Made by a program: the position numbers and the translations under genes | Shown here: one piece after another, positions 27,469 to 36,293 of the stretch | Layout of the letters: each line of letters begins with the position of its first letter | Numbering within the stretch: position 1 is the first letter of the stretch | Notes under the pieces: model-generated | Database searches by the model: none | Told to the model about the DNA's origin: nothing | The model's input: the letters and a program-made list of their open reading frames with translations, nothing else | Assembly: GCA_041615815.1 (NCBI GenBank) | Contig: JBFJCP010000004.1 | Coordinates: 1 to 64,000 of the forward strand | Source: Gemmatimonadales bacterium | GTDB taxonomy: Bacteria; Gemmatimonadota; Gemmatimonadetes; Gemmatimonadales; GWC2-71-9 | DNA: 64,000 nucleotides | Direction of reading: 5' to 3'

Positions 27469-30351
27469 ATGATGGACAAGCTCATCGACCAGCTTCGATC
27501 AGCGCTCGGGGATCGGTACACGGTGGAGCGGCAACTCGGCGCCGGCGGGATGGCGATCGTCTTTCTCGCCCAGGACCACAAGCACCGTCGATCCGTGGCG
27601 ATCAAAGTGTTGCGGCCGGAGATCGCCGCGTCCATCGGTGCGGAGCGGTTTCTGCAAGAGATCGAGATCGCCGCGCGGCTGCAGCACCCGCACATCCTGC
27701 CGCTCTATGACTCGGGCGCCGCCCAAGGTCTGTTGTATTACGTCATGCCCTTCGTACAGGGGGAGGCGCTCGCGGATCGTCTGCGGCGCGAAGGCCGTCT
27801 GCCGCTGCGGGATGCCTACCGCATCGCTGCCGAGGTGGCCGGCGCCCTCGACTATGCCCATCGCGAAGGCGTGGTCCACCGGGACATCAAGCCCGAAAAT
27901 GTGCTCCTCTCCGAGGGGCACGCCGTGATCGCGGACTTTGGGATCGCCCGCGCACTCTCCGCCGCCGGTGGCCGAGACATCACCCAGGCCGGCATGGCGG
28001 TGGGCACTCCCTCCTACATGAGCCCTGAGCAGGCAACGGGGAGTAGTGGCGAGCTCGATGGACGGAGCGACATCTACTCGCTCGGGTGCGTGCTGTACGA
28101 GATGCTCTCGGGCACCGTGCCGTATCCCGGCGACAGCTATCAGGAGATCCTCACGAAGTCCCTGACGGGCGAGATCCCACGGGTGAGTGCTGCACGAGAC
28201 GACGTACCCGCGGGGGTGGAGGCGTCGATCGTGCGAGCGCTGGCCAGAGATCCGTCGGAGCGTTTCCCGACGGCGGGCGAGTTTGCCACTGCGCTCGAGG
28301 AGCGTGCGATGACCGGACCGGCCGGGCCGGTCTGGAAGCGCTACGGGCTTCAGACCGCCGTCGGCGTCTTGGTTCTGGCACTCGTCGCCACGTGGTGGGT
28401 TCGACCTGGCCGTCTCGAGAGCGCCGTCGCCGCCGATGCCCAGGTGATCGCGGTCCTCCCGTTTCAGACGTCGGGAGCCAATCTCGAATACCTGGGCGAG
28501 GGGATGGTCGACCTGATGTCGACCAACCTGGATGGGGTCGGTGGCGTACGAGCGGTGGACTCCCGTTCGGTGCTCCACCAATGGCGCAAGCGAGCGCCGG
28601 ATGGGTCCATCGATCGTGAGGGCGCTCTCGCGGTGGGACGCGATGTGGATGCCGGTGCGGTTCTCATGGGCAGTGTGGTCCAGGCGGGACCGGACGTTCG
28701 TCTAAGTGCGGAGCTCCACAGCGTGGACGGCGCGCAGCTGGCCCGGGTGACGGCCGAAGGGTCGGTGGATAGCGTGCTCTCGCTGGTCGACAGCTTGAGC
28801 CTGCGTGTCATGCGAGAGGTCTGGCGATCGCGCGAACCGATCCCCGCATTTCGCCTGACGGCGGTCACCACCGGGTCCGTTGACGCGATCCGGGCCTACT
28901 TGGAGGGCGAGCGTCTGTACCGGCTCTCCCGCTGGGACTCGGCCACGGTGGCATACGAGCGCGCGGTGGAAGCGGACTCGACATTCGCGCTGGCGTGGCT
29001 CCGGCTGTCGAGCACGTATGGGTGGACGACGAGCCACGGGTCCCGTCAGGTTCGGCAAAGCGTGGCGGCGGCCATGCGACACATGGACCGTCTCCCCTCC
29101 CGGGAGCGTCGGCTCGTGACGGTGGCCCAGTTGTTCGAGGAGGGGGACGTGGCTGCTGTCGACTCGATTCGTGCGTATGTGGCCCAGTACCCGGACGATG
29201 CCGAGGCGTGGTATCAACTGGGGGATGTGCAGTTCCACGCGCAACCGGTGCTCGCGCTACCGGTCGAGTCGTTGTACGCACCGTTCGATCGTGTCGTGGC
29301 CATCGATTCCGCGCTGACACCGGCCTTGCTCCACCCGCTCGATCTGAGCCTCATGTTTCCGGATAGCGCTCGGTTCCACCGCTACCTGGCGCTGCTGCGG
29401 GAGACCCTGCAGGGGGGAGAAGGGGGTCCGTACGCGTTAGCAGGCGAAGTGGCGTGGGGTGGCCGGCCCCTGACGAGCGCGGATGTTGCGACCGGGCTCC
29501 GAAGTCCGCAGGGGATCGGGGCGATGTTCGGGGCGGCCCACTTGGGAGGGTGGGGGGATTCGTTGGTCGCGGGGCTTCGTGCGGTTGTACAAAGCCTGCC
29601 TGCGGAAAACCCCATGGCCCGCGCGCTGCGGTACCAGCAACTGGGGTTCTTGCTGGGCACGGGTCGGCTGGCCGAGGCACGCGCGCTCATGAGCGACCTG
29701 TGGACGGCCGATTCGACATCGGCGGCGTTCACGGCGATCCTGTCCGGGATCGCGTACCCCAACTGGCCCTATGGCGAACGAGCGCTCGCCGTGATGCGCT
29801 CGCAAATCGAGGCAGGGAATCGGCGCGTGCCCTACGAACCCACGATCGCTTTTTGGGAATCGCAGTATGCGTTGAGCGCGGGGGATATCGCCCGCGCGCG
29901 ACGAGCGATCTCGACAGCCGACACGACGGCCATGGCGCCAACCATTCGCGCGCTCATGCAAGCCCTGGGTGGTTGGTTGGCCATCGTCGAGGGGGACACC
30001 GCCAAGGGCCTGGCAAGCATGCGCGAGGGGATCGCTCGAGCCGGTTACCCCGGCTGGTTCGTGTTCCAGGCCGCAGCCGTGCGGTACCAGTTTGCGGCGA
30101 CGCTGGCAGCGCGCTCCGCGACCCGCGCGGAGGGGATTCGGCGGCTCGAGAATGATTGGTACCTGCGCGGTTTTTCTCCATTCGTGTCGCTCACGCTCGC
30201 GCGCGCCAAAGGGGAAGCCGGGGACCTGGAGGGAGCAGCCGAGTGGTACGATGCGTTCCTGCGACAACTGGAGCACGCGGATCCCGAATTCGACCCCTAT
30301 CTGGAAGAGGCGCGGGAGGCATTGGCCCGGGTCACGGCCCGGCGCGGGTAG
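27469..30351 (+). CDS. Hanks-type Ser/Thr kinase with TM segment, TolB-N-like and TPR-like domains, paralog 2
   Basis: HRDIKPEN, DFGIA, GTPSYMSPEQ; same architecture as 23578..26421. Confidence 0.9.
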   Translation: MMDKLIDQLRSALGDRYTVERQLGAGGMAIVFLAQDHKHRRSVAIKVLRPEIAASIGAERFLQEIEIAARLQHPHILPLYDSGAAQGLLYYVMPFVQGEALADRLRREGRLPLRDAYRIAAEVAGALDYAHREGVVHRDIKPENVLLSEGHAVIADFGIARALSAAGGRDITQAGMAVGTPSYMSPEQATGSSGELDGRSDIYSLGCVLYEMLSGTVPYPGDSYQEILTKSLTGEIPRVSAARDDVPAGVEASIVRALARDPSERFPTAGEFATALEERAMTGPAGPVWKRYGLQTAVGVLVLALVATWWVRPGRLESAVAADAQVIAVLPFQTSGANLEYLGEGMVDLMSTNLDGVGGVRAVDSRSVLHQWRKRAPDGSIDREGALAVGRDVDAGAVLMGSVVQAGPDVRLSAELHSVDGAQLARVTAEGSVDSVLSLVDSLSLRVMREVWRSREPIPAFRLTAVTTGSVDAIRAYLEGERLYRLSRWDSATVAYERAVEADSTFALAWLRLSSTYGWTTSHGSRQVRQSVAAAMRHMDRLPSRERRLVTVAQLFEEGDVAAVDSIRAYVAQYPDDAEAWYQLGDVQFHAQPVLALPVESLYAPFDRVVAIDSALTPALLHPLDLSLMFPDSARFHRYLALLRETLQGGEGGPYALAGEVAWGGRPLTSADVATGLRSPQGIGAMFGAAHLGGWGDSLVAGLRAVVQSLPAENPMARALRYQQLGFLLGTGRLAEARALMSDLWTADSTSAAFTAILSGIAYPNWPYGERALAVMRSQIEAGNRRVPYEPTIAFWESQYALSAGDIARARRAISTADTTAMAPTIRALMQALGGWLAIVEGDTAKGLASMREGIARAGYPGWFVFQAAAVRYQFAATLAARSATRAEGIRRLENDWYLRGFSPFVSLTLARAKGEAGDLEGAAEWYDAFLRQLEHADPEFDPYLEEAREALARVTARRG

Positions 30352-30354
30352 GCG

Positions 30355-31542
30355 TTAGTTGGGCTCTCGGCGGCGGCTGACGACGAGCGTATCGCCCTCC
30401 AGTCGCAGGCGTCGGTACCCCAACAAGTGGAAGATCTCGAGTGCGTACCAGCGTGCGGTTCGGCGATTGACCACGACGGTGTCCGATCGAACCGGGTCGC
30501 GGCGCACGCCCGGGAGCCAGTGGACCACGGCGTCGGCGCGGAGGCGGCGCAACCACGCGGAAAGGGTGAGCCAAAACGGACGAAACTCGCGCATGACGAA
30601 GAATCCGTCGTCGCCCTGGCGCTGATAGAGGGGCATCAAGAGGCGCCCACGCTCTGGGGCGGAGACGGGACCGGATTCGTCCCGCGCCAGCACCTCGCCG
30701 GCCTCGATGGTTTGAAAGCTCGAATACCCCGGGGCCATGACGAAGCGGTTGGTACCGTTGACGGAGTGCCGATAACGGACTTCCAGAACTCGTGGAAGGC
30801 CCCGGCTCACCACACGCAATCTCTGCCGAGCGTCCGCCACCTGCGGGACGGCGCTGGGGACGCGGAGGACACCGCTGGTCGCGAGGGCAATCCAAATACA
30901 GGCTTCGAGGTAATCGACGGCTTGGGGATCGTCGTGGCGGCCGCCTTCGAATCCCAGGGTCACGTGGCCCTTGCGATCCGCATAGCCCAACAACGTCCCG
31001 TCGAGATGCTCTTCGAGCCCGAGGATGATGGGGACGCCGGTGCGCATGGCGAACGCACGATTGCTGAGCGTGTCACCGATCGTGGCGAACGGCGGAGAGT
31101 CGCCCGACGTCGTATGGAGATCTACCATGTACACGGGACCCCGAGCCCCGTGGACGACGCGTTCGATCAGCTCCAGCAGTTCGCGGAGCTCGGTGTGCTC
31201 GGTCACGGGTGGGATCTTGCCATCGCCACCGGCGACGGCGGCGACCACCTTCGGTAACCAGATCCGGTTGAGGTCCTCGTCCACGAATCGCCGACCGGTG
31301 GCGAGCGCGCTCCGGTTTCCGGAGAGCGCGACGAACTCACCCTCCATTCGCGGCTGTGCGGTCTCGAGGTCCCTCACGACGCGATTGAGTGCACGAAAGC
31401 CGGCAGGCTCGTTTCCGTGGACCGACCCGACGCAGATGAGCGTGGGGCCGGTGTCGGGAGCGCGAAGGTGTCCGATGACTCGGGGGAATGCGTCGGCCGC
31501 AGATGAGGGGTTGGATGCCGATCCTTCTACGGCCCTACTCAC
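30355..31542 (-). CDS. Succinylglutamate desuccinylase/aspartoacylase (M14-like) family hydrolase
   Basis: VHGNEPAG, DLNRIW, VDLHTTS, FEGGRH; GTGA overlap with upstream GCS2-CBS. Confidence 0.88.
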   Translation of the reverse strand: MSRAVEGSASNPSSAADAFPRVIGHLRAPDTGPTLICVGSVHGNEPAGFRALNRVVRDLETAQPRMEGEFVALSGNRSALATGRRFVDEDLNRIWLPKVVAAVAGGDGKIPPVTEHTELRELLELIERVVHGARGPVYMVDLHTTSGDSPPFATIGDTLSNRAFAMRTGVPIILGLEEHLDGTLLGYADRKGHVTLGFEGGRHDDPQAVDYLEACIWIALATSGVLRVPSAVPQVADARQRLRVVSRGLPRVLEVRYRHSVNGTNRFVMAPGYSSFQTIEAGEVLARDESGPVSAPERGRLLMPLYQRQGDDGFFVMREFRPFWLTLSAWLRRLRADAVVHWLPGVRRDPVRSDTVVVNRRTARWYALEIFHLLGYRRLRLEGDTLVVSRRREPN

Positions 31543-33452
31543 TCGTCTTCCATTCTCTCTTCCAAAAGTCGCTCCGCAATGGGTACCAAGTCGTCTGCCG
31601 TGAGGATGCCGACCAGCTTGTCATCGTCGACTACGGGCAGACACGTGATGCGGTGACTGCGCATGAGCCGGATGGCGTCCAGCGTGGGCGTATCCGGGGC
31701 GATCGTGATGGGGTTGGGGTCCATCACGGACTTGACTGGCAGTGTCGTCTCGTCGCCGTGTGCGCAGCCAGCCAGCTCCCGCAGGACCGCACCGTACGAC
31801 ACCAGCCCCACGAGGCGTCGATCGTCATCTTCCACTGGGACCTGCCGCACGCGTTTCCAATCCATCACCAAAGCTGCGAGGTCGATGACCTCGTTCTCAC
31901 GCACCGTGAACAAGTCGGTGGTCATGAACTGCTCGACCCGGAGGTAATTGTACCGCCAGCCACCGCCCTCACCGATCGCGGCCGGCACCCAGGTGTGCCC
32001 TGGCATGTCGGTGGATTGCTGCCGGTTCGCGGAGGCGGTCAGGGCCGCCATGCGCTCGGCTCGCGTCCCGGAACGACCCATGTGTGCCAGGGAGAGTTCA
32101 AACCAGCGAGCGCCGGTCTGTCCGCTTCCCACGCGTTCCTCGATGATCCCGAGGTATTGGTCCCGTTCGCTGGATCCCACGCCCGCAAGGTCTAGGCCGA
32201 GCCGCGCCACGGGGAGGAGTTCCTGAAGGATCAATTCGGGGGCGCTGACCGCGGGTCCCCCCATCCAAGTGAACCCGGCCTTGAGGCCGCGTCGGGCGGC
32301 CGCTACAAAGTTAGCACGGGCATCGTCGAAGTCCATGTGCTGCGTGACGTCGTCCCACGTCTCGAGCCCACCGAGCATCAGCCCCACCCAAAATGCGGCA
32401 TTGGCCACTTCGTCCGCGATCGAGGGGCCCGCGGGGAGGATGCGACACTCGATTCTCAGGTGCGGCTTGCCGTTCGAGATGCCATAACACGGTCGGTTCC
32501 ACTGGTACACGGTGCTGTTGTAGACCTGCAACGCCCGCAGTTCGGGAATCGCACCGCAGCGGAGGATCTCGAAGGGGTCCTCGTCGACGTCGGCACCGAC
32601 CAGCGATGGGATGCGGGCAATGTCCTCTTGAAACAGCTCGATCACCGACCGCTCGACCCAGCGCTCTCCAAATCGGACCCTCGGGGTGAGGTCCCGCACA
32701 TAGGGGATGGCGCCACGGGTGTCAATGGCGTGTTGAAACAGGGCAATGCGCGTTTCGGCCCACAAGCGTTTCCCGAAGAGGAGTGGGGAATTGACGGCGG
32801 CGGCCAGGACCGGTGCCGTGAGCGCCTGGGCCAGGTTGTACGACCTGGAGAACGTCTCCGGGTCCACCTGGAGGTGGACCTGGAAGCTCGTGTTGCATCC
32901 TTCCAGCATGACCGAGTCGTGCTCGATCCGCAGCTCATCAGTGCCCTGGATGAAGATCTGATAACAGCCGCCGCAGGCCCGGGTGACCGCTTCATTGAGG
33001 GCGGTGTAGCGATCTCGCGGGGTCATGTTGGTGAGCGAGAGGTCAGACTTGGCGAGGGTGGGCAGGATCCCGGTGAGGAGCACTTCGGCTCGGTGACGTT
33101 TTGCTTCGTCGCGAACCTGTCCGAGGAGTTCCACGAGGTATGCATGGAGCCGCTCGAACGCCCCGGCCTCGAGGGGGAGTGGATCGAGGTTGAGTTCGAG
33201 ATTGAAACGGGCCAACTCCGTCGTGAACTCGTGGCCTCTCAGGTTGGGGAGAATGTCGGTGGCCAGCGGGGCGGGTCGCCAGCCGGGGCCGACCAAGAAC
33301 AGCTCTTGCTCGGCTCCGATCCGTCGCATCCCAGTTTCGAACATGCCCTCCCTGAGCATGTGGTCCAGGGCACGGAGGTCGTTGAGGAGGGCACGGGTAA
33401 ACGCGCGAAAACGCTGAGGATCGAGGTCCGGGGTGACGTCGTGGCGGCCCAT
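31539..33452 (-). CDS. GCS2-family ligase with C-terminal CBS pair, paralog 2 (637 aa)
   Basis: GAEQELFLV, TELARFNLE, SFQVH, HLRIECR; CBS pair. Confidence 0.88.
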   Translation of the reverse strand: MGRHDVTPDLDPQRFRAFTRALLNDLRALDHMLREGMFETGMRRIGAEQELFLVGPGWRPAPLATDILPNLRGHEFTTELARFNLELNLDPLPLEAGAFERLHAYLVELLGQVRDEAKRHRAEVLLTGILPTLAKSDLSLTNMTPRDRYTALNEAVTRACGGCYQIFIQGTDELRIEHDSVMLEGCNTSFQVHLQVDPETFSRSYNLAQALTAPVLAAAVNSPLLFGKRLWAETRIALFQHAIDTRGAIPYVRDLTPRVRFGERWVERSVIELFQEDIARIPSLVGADVDEDPFEILRCGAIPELRALQVYNSTVYQWNRPCYGISNGKPHLRIECRILPAGPSIADEVANAAFWVGLMLGGLETWDDVTQHMDFDDARANFVAAARRGLKAGFTWMGGPAVSAPELILQELLPVARLGLDLAGVGSSERDQYLGIIEERVGSGQTGARWFELSLAHMGRSGTRAERMAALTASANRQQSTDMPGHTWVPAAIGEGGGWRYNYLRVEQFMTTDLFTVRENEVIDLAALVMDWKRVRQVPVEDDDRRLVGLVSYGAVLRELAGCAHGDETTLPVKSVMDPNPITIAPDTPTLDAIRLMRSHRITCLPVVDDDKLVGILTADDLVPIAERLLEERMEDE

Positions 33453-33616
33453 GGACGCGGCTCTCGCTAGGGCAGAGAAGGACGTGAGAACGGTAGACTA
33501 CGAGGGTACAGGCTGGGATGAAGAGGGTTTAAGAAAACGTTCAGAATTCAGAATCGCGGATGCCCCAAGGCGCCGGTATGAGGGCCGCAGCGTTGGGTAT
33601 GCAACGAGGCGGCTTG

Positions 33617-33889
33617 CTAGCCCTGTCGGCCCTGTGCGACCTCCCGCTCTTCACCGGTCTCGAAGAACTCGCGGTTCTTGGCGATATAGCTTTTCCACTC
33701 TTCCGGCGTGTCTTCCTCGGGGAAGATGGCCGTGACCGGACACTCCGGTTCGCACGCGCCACAATCGATGCACTCGTCCGGGTGGATATACAACATATCG
33801 GGCCCTTCGTAGATGCAATCGACGGGACAGACGTCGACACATCCACGGTCCTTCACGTCGATGCAGGGCTCGGCAATGATATACGTCAT
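33617..33889 (-). CDS. fdxA: 7Fe/8Fe dicluster ferredoxin
   Basis: [17 protein letters not shown] and [12 protein letters not shown]. Confidence 0.93.
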   Translation of the reverse strand: MTYIIAEPCIDVKDRGCVDVCPVDCIYEGPDMLYIHPDECIDCGACEPECPVTAIFPEEDTPEEWKSYIAKNREFFETGEEREVAQGRQG

Positions 33890-34001
33890 GGCGGATTCAG
33901 CTCTTCGGTCTTTCCTCGGCGCAATGTGACGGTGCTCGGAGGTGCTGTCAAGGCGTCGGCATTCTGTTGCTTGGAGCCGTTGCGGGGGTCATTTTGCGAC
34001 T

Positions 34002-34955
34002 ATGCGAATCGTCTCGTTGTTGGCGAGCGGCACGGAGATCGTGCAAGGACTGGGCCTAGGCGAGCAGCTCGTCGGGATATCGCACGAGTGCGATTTTCCA
34101 CCGGACGTGCTCGATAAACCTCGGGTCAGCAAACCCCGCTTCGATCCCACCGCGTTGGACAGTACGGAGATCGATCGAGCCGTTCGAGCGGCGATGGCGG
34201 AGCACGGCGCCGTGTACGAGCTCGATCGCGACCGGCTGCGGGAGCTGGCTCCAGATCTCATCCTGACGCAGGCGGTATGCGAGGTGTGCGCCGTCCCCAC
34301 CTCGATGGCGGAAGAAGCTACGGACGCGGTGCGTGGTGACGTCACGGTGGTCTCGCTGGATGCGCACGACGTGGCTGGAGTGTTTGACTCGATTCGCCTC
34401 GTGGCTGAGGCAGCCGGGGTACCGGAACGGGGGGCGCGGTACGAAATGTCTCTCAAGACGCGGGTGGCGGCGGTGGAGATGTGGGTCACCGGTGCAGCGC
34501 GCCCACGTGTGCTGGCGCTCGAGTGGCTGGCGCCACCGTTCGCCCCCGGACATTGGACGCCGGAGATGATCCGTCTCGCCGGTGGGGAGAGCATGCTTGG
34601 CACACCGGGAAAGCCATCGCGACCGGTGGACTGGGACGAGCTCGTGGGATTGGACCCCGACATTGTGGTGGTCATGCCCTGTGGGTACGATCTGGCAAGA
34701 GCCGCGGCGGATGCCGATCGGTATGAGGAGCGTCTGGTGGCGGTGGCCACGCGCGCCGTTGATGCGGGGCGAGCGTTCGTGGTAGATGGGTCGGCCTATT
34801 TCAATCGCTCAGGGCCGCGGCTCGTGGATGGCATCGAGATCCTCGCTGCCCTCTTCCATCCGGAACGGTTTGCTGATTACGATCTTGGGGAGTGCGCTGC
34901 CCAGTGGCGGCCCACCACGTCGCCGCGCGCCTCGGTGCGGGATGACGCCTCATGA
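34002..34955 (+). CDS. BtuF/TroA-like substrate-binding-fold protein lacking a signal peptide
   Basis: MRIVSLLASGTEIV, VGISHECD, PDLILTQAVCEVC, MPCGYD, FNRSGPRL. Confidence 0.85.
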   Translation: MRIVSLLASGTEIVQGLGLGEQLVGISHECDFPPDVLDKPRVSKPRFDPTALDSTEIDRAVRAAMAEHGAVYELDRDRLRELAPDLILTQAVCEVCAVPTSMAEEATDAVRGDVTVVSLDAHDVAGVFDSIRLVAEAAGVPERGARYEMSLKTRVAAVEMWVTGAARPRVLALEWLAPPFAPGHWTPEMIRLAGGESMLGTPGKPSRPVDWDELVGLDPDIVVVMPCGYDLARAAADADRYEERLVAVATRAVDAGRAFVVDGSAYFNRSGPRLVDGIEILAALFHPERFADYDLGECAAQWRPTTSPRASVRDDAS

Positions 34956-34985
34956 CACCATTGTCCTTTTGAGCAGGAGCCGGTC

Positions 34986-35414
34986 TTGCGATACGATCCA
35001 GTCCTCGTGCAACCGATGCGTGACGAACTGACGAGCATCGGTTTTCAGGAGTTGAAAACCGCGGAAGATGTCGACAGCACCATCGGGCACGCGGATGGGA
35101 CGCTGTTGGTGGTCGTGAACTCCGTTTGTGGTTGTGCCGCGGGCAAAGCGCGGCCCGGCGTCACGTTGGCGCTGAGACATCGTGTGGTGCCGGATCGCCT
35201 GGCAACGGTATTTGCCGGAATGGAGATGGAGGCCACCGAGCGGACTCGCAGCTATTTCCTCGGTTATCCGCCGTCGTCGCCCCAGATTGCGCTCTTCAGG
35301 AACGGAGAGCTGGTGCACATGCTCGAACGGAGGGATATCGAGGGTCGGGACGCGATGGCGATCGCGGCGGATCTGACGGCGGCGTTCGAGCAGCACTGCG
35401 CACCCGTGGCCTAA
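34986..35414 (+). CDS. brxA: Bacilliredoxin BrxA/BrxB (YphP/YqiW) family
   Basis: PMRDELT, VNSVCGCAAGKARP, TVFAG, PPSSPQIALF, RRDIEG. Confidence 0.92.
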   Translation: MRYDPVLVQPMRDELTSIGFQELKTAEDVDSTIGHADGTLLVVVNSVCGCAAGKARPGVTLALRHRVVPDRLATVFAGMEMEATERTRSYFLGYPPSSPQIALFRNGELVHMLERRDIEGRDAMAIAADLTAAFEQHCAPVA

Positions 35415-35421
35415 CGGCGCG

Positions 35422-36147
35422 GTGATTCTGCTGGACCCCCAGGCCCACCCGATCGTTGGCCATCGGGGGGCCGCTGGCAGGTTTCCAGAGAATACGCTGC
35501 TCGCGTTCCAGCGCGCGTTGGCCGCGGGCGCCGACGCTCTCGAGCTCGATGTCCGGATTTCGGCCGACGGCGTACCGGTGGTCATTCATGATGCGACGCT
35601 GGACCGGACCACCGATGGGAGCGGGCTGGTCCGGGACCGCCGGGCAGCCGAGCTGGAAACACTGGATGCGGGCCGGGGCGAGCGCATCCCCCGACTCGTC
35701 AACGTGCTAGAGAGCTACCCGGCCGCGCCGTTGATCATCGAGATAAAGGAAGAGCCCGTCGCGTGTCCGGTGGCGGAACTCCTCCGGTGGACGGGAAGCA
35801 CCCGTCGCGTGCTTGTGGGAGCCTTCCAACGGAGTGCGCTGCGCGCATTTGCGGGACCGGAGTTTGCCAGAGCGGCAGCGCGCGCCGAGACGGCGCTGTT
35901 TTGGGCCGGGTCACGCATGGGTGCTGCCGTCACGGGCGGCGGGTACCGGGCGTTCACCGTCCCGGAGCGGCATCGCGGACTTCGCGTCGTCGACGCGCGG
36001 TTCGTCCGGTCCGCCACCCGGCGGGGGTTCCCGGTCCACGTCTGGACGGTCAACGACGTCGCAGACGCACGTCGGCTCCGTGCGATGGGAGTGGCCGGGA
36101 TCATCACCGATTTTCCCGAACGCATGCGGGAAGAACTTCAAGCGTGA
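35422..36147 (+). CDS. Glycerophosphodiester phosphodiesterase
   Basis: GHRGAAG..PENT, ELDV, VIHD..LDRTT, VHVWTVN, GIITDFP. Confidence 0.93.
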   Translation: MILLDPQAHPIVGHRGAAGRFPENTLLAFQRALAAGADALELDVRISADGVPVVIHDATLDRTTDGSGLVRDRRAAELETLDAGRGERIPRLVNVLESYPAAPLIIEIKEEPVACPVAELLRWTGSTRRVLVGAFQRSALRAFAGPEFARAAARAETALFWAGSRMGAAVTGGGYRAFTVPERHRGLRVVDARFVRSATRRGFPVHVWTVNDVADARRLRAMGVAGIITDFPERMREELQA

Positions 36148-36200
36148 GACACGAGAAGTGAGAAGTGAGGGGTAGGGGGGAAGGAGTAGGGAGTTGGGGG
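36144..36200. repeat. Degenerate 7-bp tandem repeats
   Basis: gtgagac acgagaa gtgagaa gtgaggg gtagggg gaaggag tagggag ttggggg. Confidence 0.55.
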
Positions 36201-36293
36201 TTCAGACGTGCAGCGGGGAACGAGAGCGGGGGCTAGGGGGATCGGGACTCTACTCGCCAGGGGGGGATCACGGCTGGTTCGGCTTGGCTGTAC

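Noticed and set aside
27318..27695. Cys-rich N-terminal extension (MCGCC...) of the mscS ORF
   Set aside because: Mostly the antisense reading of kinase 2; the real start is probably near 27317.
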